Below, one piece after another: positions 12,810 through 24,032 of a stretch of 64,000 nt of DNA. Source of the stretch: Mobula birostris (lineage: Eukaryota); the NCBI RefSeq assembly GCF_030028105.1, contig NC_092371.1:14405884-14469883 (forward strand), given 5' to 3'. Within the stretch, counting starts at the first letter, position 1, and each line of letters starts with the position of its first letter. The notes beneath the pieces were generated by a model. It did no database searches, had not been told where the DNA came from, and saw nothing but the letters and a program-made list of their open reading frames with translations. The position numbers were made by a program, and so were the translations under genes.

Positions 12810-13656
12810 TGTTACGTAACCGGCCACAATGAATATCAATCGAGTCAGGTTATATAAAAACAACCAAGCATTTATTAAAAACGGATAAACAATAAAATCC
12901 AACGAAAACCTTAACCGGAAGTTAACCACTATGCGGCTGTTCAACAAATCGCCGCTCGGTACTTGTTCTTAAAGCGATAAATGCGTAAAAGTTCCTACAG
13001 CGGTAAAGTCAAATACAGTTCTTAAAATGGTAAATTCGCAAGTCCAACGGATTTATACATTAACTTGGGAGAGACTTCTCTGGAGAAGGATTTCCTCAGA
13101 GACGCGACTTTCCTGCTAGTTCTGTCCAAAGGATTCACGATGAAGGAAATAAACAGCTTAAAACAGCTGACCTTTATTTCTGGAGAACAAACCTTGCATG
13201 AACTTCATTTTTCTTTTGGCAGGAGTTATCACGATGCAGGTCGCCACCTCTTCAACGAAGACTCAATAAGGTCGAACATTACCGACTTCTCTTAATCCTT
13301 CATATCCTGTACTTTAATAAATTCTTCATTCTCCAATACTACTGAAAAGGTACATCAACAAATCTAGCAGAAAGGAGTAAACTGCCAGTCCAGCACTATT
13401 CTACCTTACAATAGAATGTAAAACTCCGTTGTAAAAATGAAACTACACCATGAAGCAAATACACAATGGAACGATGACTCTGACTATCGTTCTATCTGGA
13501 AAACTAACTGCGTCACCAGAGGTCCTCCCTTTTATACCATGGTGTACGTGTCATCACGTGACCTCACATCGGCGGAAAATTACATGAGGTGACCGCCAAA
13601 AGACCAATACATCATTCTCACAAGAAAGTCGTAAGATCTCCTTGAGGTATGTAACA
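12810..13656. mobile_element. Solo LTR (Gypsy-like, family B) with 4-bp TSD TTAA
   Basis: TGTTAC...GTAACA termini; TTAA at 12806-12809 and 13657-13660; 847 bp. Confidence 0.75.
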
Positions 13657-13704
13657 TTAATTAGATTTTTTCTTTAAACGGGCTGACTTGAAACTACCAA
13701 AATT

Positions 13705-14505
13705 AGTCATGGTCCGGTCCGTGGACTCAGGACTCCGGGTCTTCCAGCTGACCCTTGTTTGAGTTAATCATAGGTACCTGATTCCCATCTTTGCAATATA
13801 AGTAGCTTTGGGGTTGAGTGTGGGCTGCTGGTTTGTGTCGTCAGTTCCGATTGGAGCAACCTTGCCAGTGGCAGGCTAGAGTGGCCAATTGACATCTTTA
13901 GGCCGCGTCGGGGAACTATCCCGTCATGGAGCCTTGCTGTTAATAGTCGGAGCTGTCTGTGCCGTATAGATTCTGCTGTTTCCTGGGCCAGCTAAGTGGT
14001 TGCCAGCCACTCCAAGCTCGGTAGGGATCCGGCTGTTTCCGTGGCTGGTTGAGGTTGTTGGCCGAACTTTGACTTGGAGCTACCTCGGAGCAGAGATGGA
14101 ACTGTCTGTTGTTCTTTCGTGTTTGTCTCTTCTTGTCCTCGCCTCCGTGGGGTACGTCAGGCCGTCTTGCCGTTGCCCCGCGGGGGGTCATGTCTTGTCT
14201 TGTCTTGTCCTCGCCTCCGTGGGGTAATCAGGCTGTCTTGCCGTTGCCCTGCGGGGGGGGGGGGGGTGACATGTCTTGTTTTTGCCTCTTTTGGGTAAGT
14301 CTGGCCGTCCTGCCGTTACCCAACAGGTGGATCTGTTCCACCTTGGTGTGGAGAAGTTGAGTCCCGGCTTGTCTGAGGATAAGTCCTGGCTCTATGTCTA
14401 TGTTCTGTCATTTCTCATGTTAGTGTCGTCTTGAAGATGAGTCCTGGCTTGTCGAAGGATAAATCCCGGCTCTATGTTGATGTTTAGTTCGCAGTCTGTC
14501 TCTGA
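13705..14505 (+). mobile_element. LTR-like element family A, 5' part
   Basis: Starts (a)gtcatggtccggtccgtggactcaggactcc, as the 37949 copy does; 3' end missing. Confidence 0.7.
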
Positions 14506-14510
14506 TCCAG

Positions 14511-16905
14511 TCAGAGACGGGATAAGGACCCAGAACCTGTGACTTGACTTGGGCTCGGACTCCGGAACTAGGCGAGGACATGACGTAGCTACAGGTCTGG
14601 ACATGACGTAGCTACAGGACTGGACATGGATTTAATTCTTCATGGCTATGACACTTGATGGCTTGGACAAGACGAGGCTTGTGTTCAGAATCCGAGCCAG
14701 AGACTGGACAAGGACCCAGAACCTGGATCTTGACTCGGGCTCGGACTTCCGAACTAGGTGAAGACATGACGTGGTTTGGGAGACAGGACTAGGCGAGGCT
14801 GCAGGACAGAACGAGAGACTCCTGGGCAAGACGAGGGAACTCCAGCACAGGACTATTCACATGGACAGGACGAGAACACAAAGCCTTGGCTTGGACAGGG
14901 CTAGGTTCATGGACGCAGCATGGACAGGACGATGTTCTTGGACGTGGCTTGGACAAGACGATGTTCTTGGATGTGGCTTGGACAGGACGAGGGAACTCCA
15001 GCACCGGGCTGGCCGAGATACTCCTGGGTTGGGCGAGGCACATGGACAGGATGGGACACCTGGACAGGATGAGAACACGAAGCCTTGACTTGGTCGAGGG
15101 AGACAGGAACGTAGAGCCTTGGTAATATTGAGAGACAGGAACATGGAACACAGAGCCGGAACCCCTCCTTGGAAACATGATGTAGGTCCGGGACTCATAC
15201 ACAGAACGCTGAGAGACAGATCTCCACTCAAGGTAGCGGAAAAAGGCTGGACCTACCTAGCGAAGGCGTCGAACAGAGACGGATCAAAACAATGATAGAT
15301 ACTTCCTTATCTTGCTTCGGCAGTGGAACTTGACAGCGGTACAGGCGAGCATTACAGCCGAGACAAGGCTCCTGGCGAAACAAGGCAAGGGAAGGCTCCA
15401 GGTGAGGCAAGGTGAGGCATGGCGAGTCAAGGCTCCAGGCTCGGCAGAACATAGAATAAAAAATAGTACAGCACAGTACAGGCCCTTCGGCCCACAATGT
15501 TGTGCCGACCCTCAAATCCTGCCTCCCATATAAGCTCCCACCTTAAATTCATCCATATACCTGTCTAGTAGTTTCTTAAACTTCACTAATGTATCTGCCT
15601 CCACCACTGACTCAGGCAGTGCATTCCACGCACCAACCACTCTCTGAGTAAAAAACCTTCCTCTAATATCCCCCTTGAACTTCCCACCCCTTACCTTAAA
15701 GCCATGTCCTCTTGTATTGAGCAGTGGTGCCCTGGGGAAGAGGCGCTGGCTATCCACTCTGTCTTACCTGTTATTATCTTGTGCACATCTATCATGTCTC
15801 CTCCCATCTTCCTCCTCTCCAAAGAGTAAAGCCCTAGCTCCCTTAATCTCTGATCATAATGCATACTTTCTAAACCAGGCAGCATCCTGGTAAATCTCCT
15901 CTGTATCCTTTCCAATGCTTCCACATCCTTCCTATAGTGAGGTGACCAGAACTGGACACAGTACTCCAAGTGTGGCCCACCAAAGTTTTATAGAGCTGCA
16001 TCATTACATCGCGACTCTTAAACTCTTTCCCTCGACTTATGAAAGCTAACACCCCATAAGCTTTCTTAACTACCCTATCCACCTGTGAGGCAACTTTCAA
16101 GGATCTGTGGACATGTACTCCCAGATCCCTCTGCTCATCCACACTACCAAGTATCCTGTCATTTACTTTGTACTCTGCCTTGGAGTTTGTTCTTCCAAAG
16201 TGTACCACCTCACACTTCTCCGGGTTGAACTCCATCTGCCACTTCTCAGACCACTTCTGCATCCTATCAATATCTTTCTGAAATCTTTCACAATCCTCTA
16301 CACTATCTACAACACCAACAACCTTTGTGTCGTCTGCAAACTTGCCAACCCACCCTTCTAGCCCCCACATCCAGATCGTTAACAAAAATCACGAAAAGTA
16401 GAGGTCCCAGAACAGATTCTTGTGGGACACCACTAGTCACAATCCTCCAATCTGAATGTACTCCCTCCACCACAACCCTCTGCCTTCTTCAGGCAAGCCA
16501 ATTCTGAATCAACCTGGCCAAACTTCCCTGGATCCCATGCCTTCTAACCTTCTGAATAAGCCTACCGTGTGGAACCTTGTCAAATACCTTACTAAAATCC
16601 ATATAGATCACATCCACTGCACTACCCTCATCGGCAAGGCGAGACAAGGCTCGGCTTCAGACACTGGTTGCAGGGCAAGACTTCAGGAGGAAGGGGCAGA
16701 GAAGATTTTCCGAATGGGTGTTTAGACAGGAACAATACAGTAACTGAAGCCGAACCAAGGAGCTAGATATGTAGCCAGCCCAAAATGTCAATCAGCTGAC
16801 TCAATCAGAGCACCCAACAGAAAACGAGAAACCAGAAAACCTGGAATAAGAAACGAAGGACCGGACCGTGAACCGGATCCGGACTTCACGGACCGGACCA
16901 TGACA
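14511..16905 (-). mobile_element. LTR-like element family A, 3'-truncated, interrupted by CR1
   Basis: Ends GGACCGGACCATGACA at 16905; closely similar to 10389-11318. Confidence 0.8.
15447..16630 (-). mobile_element. CR1 LINE 3' part with 6-bp TSD TCGGCA
   Basis: KFADDTK, YCVQFWSPHYRKD; TCGGCA at 15441-15446 and 16631-16636 (single in the uninterrupted copy near 11051). Confidence 0.88.
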
Positions 16906-16999
16906 CAACGGTTACTAGGGTTTAAAAGAATGAAGCGAAAAACAAACAATTAAACAATTAAATAAAAATATCTAGTCAGCAGCAGTTCTATGGCCTAAA

Positions 17000-17195
17000 A
17001 CGCCTTGTTAATGAGAGGGGTCAGAGGAGAAAATCGGACTCATTCAAGCTGACAGCAAGGCGGCGGTAACTCGATTGTATTAACACTGTTGTGTACACCA
17101 GGGGTTTCAACAGTGATGAAGAGCATCTCTGAACGTAGAATATGTCGAACAGCAGCAGAAAGCCATGAACATACAGGAGGTACTTGATAAAGAGG
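17000..17195 (+). mobile_element. Tc1/mariner transposase remnant
   Basis: LVNERGQRR..IQADSKAAV..KSISER; homologous to 59800-60000. Confidence 0.6.
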
Positions 17196-18004
17196 TAAGA
17201 GTACATATTACATACTATTATATTTCCTCCATTGCCTCTTCCCAATCCGCCTATTTGTTGCTGCCATCTAATAACTCCCTGATTTGGTTAAATGTTGGAT
17301 ATGCTGGTGGGAGCATATTCATGTCTTAACAGCTCACGTGAGACAAGTTAAAGAGTATACCAAGAACTGCTATGCTGGTACAGAAAAGTAAAATGGGGAG
17401 AGCTGGAAGCCATTCAGAAGCATACGAGCTGAAATAAACCAGTCACCAACACCGGTAGTGGAACCTCCTGAGTCAGATTCATGCACAGTTTAGTTTTACA
17501 ACACAGAGGATGAGTTATATGGGGAGTAGCAGAGAAATTCGGCCACTTCAACCTGCAACGGAGGAAGAGACGGAGGTTTTCGGTTTGTCAAACACAGTGA
17601 GGAGAGGAAATATTTGAGCCCTTATCGTCACCAGCTCATTACTGGGGAATAGGAGAAGGAGCTTTTTCTATCATTTGCATCAAAATTAGACGTGGAATTC
17701 ATTGCCCCAGACAGCTGTGAAAGCTTCGTCATTAGCTATATTTAAAACGGAGGTTAAGGGATTCTCGATTTGTAAGAGCGTCTAAGATTGCGTCGAGAAG
17801 GCTGGGAACAGGGTTGGGGAGGATAATAAATACGCCATGATGGAATGGCGGTCAAACGTGACGGGCTGAATCGCCTGATACAGCTCCTATGTTTCATGCT
17901 GAAAGATTAAGAAGTACTTCTGAATTGTCTCAGAACGCAATTGCACTGTGAAGCTTATCTGCTTAAAATAATACCTATTTCGATAAACCATCAGGCACGA
18001 ATGA

Positions 18005-19400
18005 AATAAGCAGCAACCGACACAAAATGTTGGAAGAAATCAGCAGGCTAGCAGCATCTGTGAAAAGCGTGCAGTCGACGTTTCGGGCCGAGACCCTTTA
18101 TCAGGGCTAGACAAAAAGTTGAGAATTCAGAGTGAGGAGGTGGGGGGGGGGGGGGGAGGGGAGGTAGAAACAGAATGTGATAGGTCATTCCGGGGGGCGT
18201 GTTGGGGGAGGGTGGTGAATGTGTAATAAAAAGCTGGAAAGTTGATTGGTGAAAGAGATACAGGGCTGGAGAACGGTTAATCTGATAGGAGAGGACATAA
18301 GGCCATAGAGGAAAGAAGAGTGGGAGGAGAACCAGAGGGAGGTGATGGACAGGTAAGGAGAAAAGGTGAGAGAGGGAAAAAGGAATGGGGAATAGTTAAG
18401 GAGAGGAAAAGTGCGCATCAGGAAGTTCAAGAACTCGACGTGCATACCACCGGGTTGCAGGGTCATCGGATGGAAGATAAGACGTTGGCCCTCCAGCCTG
18501 GGTGTGACTTATCAAGACAGTAGAGGAGGCCATAGACTGGCATGTCGAGATTGGAATGACAAGTGGAATTAAAATACGTGGACACTGTGAGATCCCGCTT
18601 TTCCTGGCGTAGGTGCCCGGCGAAGCTGTCTCTGAATCTACGCCGGGTTTCAACGATATACAGGAGGCTACACTGGTAGCACAGGATACAGTCGATGTCT
18701 CTTAAACAGACTCAAGCATCACCCCACCTGGAAGGAATGTTTGGGAGCCTGAATGGTAGTGAGGGTGGAAGTGTAGGGGCAGGTGTAGCACTTGTTCTGC
18801 TTGCAAGGATAAGGGCCAAAAAGGAGATTAGAGGGGAGGGACGAATAGTCAACGAAGTTCCATAGTGCGCGTTCACTACAGAAAGCAGAGAGTGGAGAAG
18901 GGAAGAGGGAAAGGTGCTTGGTGTTGGGGTCCCGTAGGAGATGGCGGAAGTTATGGAGAAATGTGCTGGACCCGAAGGCTCGTTGAGTGGTAGGTGAGGA
19001 CAAGAGGAATCCTATCCCTGGTAGGGTGGCAGAAAAATGGGTTGAGGGCCGACGTGCTCGAAATGGAGGTGATGCGGTTGAGGGTAGCGTTGATGGTGGA
19101 GGATGGGAAGCCCCTTTCTTTGAAGTAGAAGGACATCTTCGTTCCATCCTGAGAACAGATGTGGCTGAAAGTGTGGAATCGAGAGAAGGTGATGGCACTT
19201 TTACAAGTAACCGGCTGAGAAGAGGTATTGACCAGATAGTTGTGAGAGTCAGTGGGTTTGTAATAGATATCAGTAGATAAGCTTGTCTCCAAAGATTGAG
19301 ACAGAGAGATCGAGAAAGGAGAAGGAGGTGTCAGAAAAAGACCGGGTAAATTTGAGGGCAATGTGGAAGTTGCAGGCAAAGTTGATGAGGTCGGCGTGCT
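18005..19400 (-). mobile_element. Penelope-like element (RT C-terminus + GIY-YIG region), degenerate
   Basis: STDIYYKPTDSH, FKERGFPSSTIN, RIPLVLTYH, PCKQNKCYTCPY; terminal gacgtttcgggccgagaccc motif. Confidence 0.8.
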
Positions 19401-19559
19401 CCCCAGTCACGAAGTATGCCTGAATTAGTAGAAGACGAGAAAGTGTGATAACCTTTCAGGCAGGAAAGAAATAAACAGTCAATGAATGGCCGAAACAATG
19501 TCTCGCAGTGAAGGACGTCACCAGTCTAGAGTATGGCCCTTTTGGTAAACTCGGATTTT

Positions 19560-21350
19560 GTGAATGGGCTTCTTGGTGTTTAGGTAGATTTTTGCAAGAT
19601 TCTTGCCAAGGATCCACATGATAAACTGATTGAAGCTTGGAAGACGTAAGACGAGTGATGAGGGATCCAATTATCATGTTTGTGTGGCATTGCATTGAGA
19701 GCGGTAGTGAAGCATCATTTTATACACTGGATGACTGCTATCAATGGTGTACAACAGGGACAAGTGCTGGCTCTACGATTCCTCGACTATAATAACCATT
19801 TGGATGAGAAAGTGGTTGTCATGGTTAGAATGTTGAACTTAGAGATGATAAACTGCAATAACTTCCACTTCAGGAACCTGGGAAGTGATATGGAACAGAG
19901 AGTCTGAGGGACACGAGTGGCAAAATGAATAATGCTGAATCACGTTTTGTCCAAACATATATCAATTCCAGCCTGGAATCTGGCGAGGGAATTAGAGAGC
20001 GAACTTCATCAGTTGTCAGTTGCTGACTGAACTGATCATATCACAGTTTCTCATCCTGTCCACCATCGCATAACCCCCACGCCACCACCCCCAACCCCAA
20101 CAGAGAAGACAGGCTTTGCATCCATTTGCTTTCAATTCAGTAATGTGTAATGTGATTGCCTCTCATTTCCCGAAACTTCAGAGAGCTTGACGTCTGCTTC
20201 TTAGCCTCAAATTAAAAGTAAATTTAGTATCGAAGTTCATATATGTCATCATATTCTCGTCCGAGATTCATTTTCCCGCGTACTTTCAGAGTAAATGCAA
20301 AGAACGCAAATGAATCAGTGAACAACGACAGGCAATAAAGACGGACAATGAACCAATGTGCAAACACCCAAAATAATAATAAATAGAAGAGTCATAAAGA
20401 TTAAGAACATGAGTTACAGGGCTATTGAATGTGTTCATAGATGACGCAATCAGTTCAGTGTTGTTGTGAATGAAGTTGAGTGAAGTTGGTCCCTTTGTTT
20501 CAAGAGTCTGATAGGAGAGGTTGATAACTATCCCAAAACTGTGGGACCTAAGGGCCATGTACATCCTTCTTATGGTAGCAACGATAAGAGAGCAAGGGTT
20601 GCATGGTGGGGATGGTGGGGAGGGGGGTCCTTGAGGATGTTTGCTGCTTCCATCCGACTGCTCCACTTTACGTGTACTCAACGGTGTGGGGGACTTTACC
20701 CCTGATCTCGGCTTTATCCATTACTTTTTGTAGGTCTTTCCTTTCAAGAGTACTGGTGTTTCTATAGTAGGCAGTAATACAAGCTGTAGATTTGGTCTCA
20801 ACCGTGCATCGACAGAAGTTTCTAAGAGTTTTAGATATCATCCCAAGCTTGGCAAAGTTCTAAGAAAGTAGTGGCCATGCCGGGCCTTCTTTGTAATGGC
20901 GGTTGTGGGCTGGACCCTGAACAGAAATGATAATATCTCTGACCTCCTGATGAGGTCTGTCTGAAGTATCTCCGACTTTCTCCCCCTGTAGTCAATAAAC
21001 TGTTCTTTGGTTTTGCTGACATTTAGTGAGAGATTGTTGATGTGGCACTATTCAGCCAGATAAGGTCATGTCTTTGAGTCAGTCCTCTCCCCAGGGGAAT
21101 CAAAGGTTACACGACCAACACGGAGACATAAATCAGAAGACGAGTGGTTGATATGTTTCACGACCTGCCAGAGGTAGTGGTAGAGAGAAGTAAAATTGTG
21201 CAGTTTGAAAGACATCCGGGCAGTTAGACGGATATTAAAACCTTATGGTGACATTAGTCAAACACATACAAATGCGCAGTTAGGCAACTTGGCCAGCATG
21301 TGCAAGTTGGGCAGACGGGCCCACTTCTGTGCTGTATAAATCTCTGAGTC
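19560..21350. mobile_element. Cluster of degenerate CR1 (+) and Rex1/Babar (-) fragments
   Basis: GVQQGQVL remnant, Rex-type 3' UTR about 20210-21060, CR1 3' UTR about 21090-21350. Confidence 0.55.
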
Positions 21351-21395
21351 TAAATGTCGCGGTTTTTAGTGACAAAGAATTTGTGTCATAGTTGG

Positions 21396-21720
21396 CTGTC
21401 AGTGAAGGTCAACAAGAACCACTCCTAGGGTTTCTAATAAATATTATCGCTGCCGACATGGGCTGGTAAGTGCCGGGATTATGACAATTTCAGATCTTGG
21501 ATAACAACAAAGCAGGTGCGCGAGGTCCATGCGCGAACTTCCATATTCCCTTGTGTGTCTGGTATTGAAACATTTATCGGGGTCCTCAGATTGTGCTGCG
21601 GATGGTTCAGAGATGAAGTGAGATACCGAGCCAATGATCACCCTTCGGGCTATTCACAAATGTTGCTCAAGTGAGTTTTCTGTTCGAAGCTTTCAAAGCT
21701 ATGCATTTATTAGACACGAG
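21396..21720 (-). pseudogene. Possible decayed VJ-type exon
   Basis: From acceptor ctctctcag| in phase 1: NIC, (W>R)Y, TCFVVIQDLKLS*S(fs)GTY and a J-like SGS.LTFT; 325 nt vs 327 for the intact VJ exon; at least 5 stops and a frameshift. Confidence 0.3.
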
Positions 21721-21730
21721 CTGAGAGAGT

Positions 21731-21880
21731 NNNNNNNNNNNNNNNNNNNNNNNNNNNNNNNNNNNNNNNNNNNNNNNNNNNNNNNNNNNNNNNNNNNNNN
21801 NNNNNNNNNNNNNNNNNNNNNNNNNNNNNNNNNNNNNNNNNNNNNNNNNNNNNNNNNNNNNNNNNNNNNNNNNNNNNNNN
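21731..21880. other. Assembly gap (150 N) next to CT-rich low-complexity sequence
   Basis: Run of N; CT-rich 21881-22150. Confidence 0.99.
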
Positions 21881-22323
21881 CGAGCTCCCCGCTCTCTCCC
21901 TTTCTTTGCCTCTGTGTCTCTCTGTTCCCACCTTCCGTCACTCCCTCTGTCTCTCTCCATCTCTCACACACATTCTCTTCGCTCAGGTTCTTCTCTTACT
22001 CATCCTGCCTCACTTCCTACTGTTTTTTTCTTTCACCCCATCTTTCTCCCTCCCCGCTCTCACCGTGTCACCCTATGTCTCTCCTGTTTCCCATAATTCA
22101 TTCTACCTCTCTTCCTCTGCCCCTCTCTCTTTCCCTGTCCCTCTGTCCCCCATTCATCGATTGTCACAACAATTCCAATTGTGTAAGGGTTTATTTTTAA
22201 GATTTAGTTTCAGAATGTGTCCCTTTGTATTATTGCAGTTTCTCAGATTGAGAGAATTTTAAAAAATCTTCAGTCGTATCTCATCAATGCCCCCACCTTC
22301 CCGAGACCTCGCGACCGCGCCAC

Positions 22324-22375
22324 CTGCACCACTTCACAAACAGGACAGAAACAGCAGCAATTTGTGTAACTGTCG
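22324..22375 (-). pseudogene. Possible decayed leader exon (x)QLHKLLLFLSCL*SGA G|GTGGCG
   Basis: Hydrophobic leader-like stretch ending at a phase-1 donor, ATG absent, one stop, in a CpG-rich patch upstream of the decayed V. Confidence 0.25.
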
Positions 22376-23844
22376 CTAAATAAAGGCCAGGCAAACCCCG
22401 TCCCGGTCCCGTGGGGAGATGACGCGGTCCGCAGCTGCATCGGTGCCGCTCACAACACAGACAGTCCGACCCTATCCATCCCATCCTCGACTCTGGTCAG
22501 CGAATGAAAAAAATCATGGGGCCCCGGGTGAGAAAATTGAAAGCCCCTGACTGAATGAGGGAGAGGTTAACTGAAGTGACCAGTGTCCTACGGCCAGGAC
22601 GGGGTTGAGGGAGAATTACCATATCCCAGGTTATGACCGATACGTCTTTAATCTTTAATCACCAACTCGAATTATCCAATTAGAGGTATTCGATCGAACA
22701 AGCCTTACACAAGCCAGACTGCAGGATATAAAGACGTAACATAGCACAAATAAAAAAAAAACAAGCCAATGTTTCACAGTGGTGTTATTCGATAAACTTT
22801 AATACCGTGTCGCATAAATCGAAATTTTAATTGGATGTAATTTCTACTCATCTGTGACATAGTATCCAACAGATCGTGGCAGAAGGAAGGCTGGGTGGTG
22901 ATGGACTAAATCATGGACGATACAGGGAGATTGGATGTCCCACACGTGGCTCACTGTTAATAACATCCTTCATCAGAGTGAGGATCAACATCAGAATCAG
23001 GTACAATATCACTGTTATATGTCGTGAAATTTGTTGTTTGTGCCCCAGAGTACTGAGGGCCCGATTAAAATAAACATGGAATGTCATTAAGTAATAGAGC
23101 ACCACAACACCGAGTCAGATCTTTCGGTCCATCTACCCTGTTCCCAACTATTAATATGGTTAGTCCCGTCAATCTGCACCCAGACCATTGGCCCCCATAC
23201 CTCTCCCTCCATCCAAATTTCGCTTAAATGTTGAAATCAACCCTCATCCATCACATCTGCTGGCAACTCTTTCCATACTCTCACCATCCTTTGAGGGAAA
23301 AATTTTCCTCCGATGATCCCTTTAAACATTCCACCTTTTAACGTTATGCCATGATCTCTAGTTGTAGCCTGACCCAATATGTGTGGAAAAAAACTGCTGA
23401 TATCTTACCCTTGCTATATCCCACTGGAGTGGCGTTGTAGGAGATATGAAGACTCACCAGAACTGCCATAAAAAGTATGTAAGGAAAAGTTAGAAATAGA
23501 AAGACATTTTTTGGATAGCATAGTGTCTTTTAAGAGACTCCTAGATAGGTACAGGGAGCTTAGAAAAATAGAGGGCTATGGTTAATCTTCGGTAATATCT
23601 AAGGTAACGACATGTTCGGCACAGCTTTGTGGGCCTAAACGTCTGTATTGTGCTGTAGGTTCCGTTTGTTTCTATGAAAGGTTAGCGGGAATCAGTTTCA
23701 CGCTGAGAATGTAAACACTAGAAAGTAAATAAATAAAGCCTCGACGAAAGTAGACACATGCATGAGAGGGCGAAGGAAGCCATGCAGGTGGCATATAGAG
23801 ACATGTAATCATACATATATTGAGAGGGGGTGGTTAGAGAGAGT

Positions 23845-23857
23845 GAAATAGATAGAT

Positions 23858-23892
<35 letters not shown>

Positions 23893-23965
23893 AAGAGAGA
23901 GAAAGAGAGCGGGGGTAGACAGAGTGAAATAGATAGATAGATAGAGAAAGAGAGCAAGAGAGCAG
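23845..23965 (+). repeat. (GA)n/(GATA)n compound microsatellite
   Basis: Direct inspection. Confidence 0.9.
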
Positions 23966-24032
23966 AGGGCTAGACAACATGATTTTAATGATTTTAACAT
24001 CTTACTCATGGAGGGACGGCGGAGTCTATTAT

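Noticed and set aside
17320-17420. Minus-strand hydrophobic stretch WLPALPILLFCTSIAVLGILF as a TM exon
   Set aside because: Wrong splice phase for an IgSF TM exon, in-frame stop just upstream, no basic stop-transfer residues.
17673-17680. Perfect octamer ATTTGCAT
   Set aside because: Within decayed CR1 sequence, with no leader exon downstream.
21361-21370. Nonamer-like GGTTTTTAGT
   Set aside because: No heptamer at canonical spacing.
22775-22781. RSS heptamer CACAGTG
   Set aside because: No ACAAAAACC-like nonamer at 12/23 bp and no V segment upstream.
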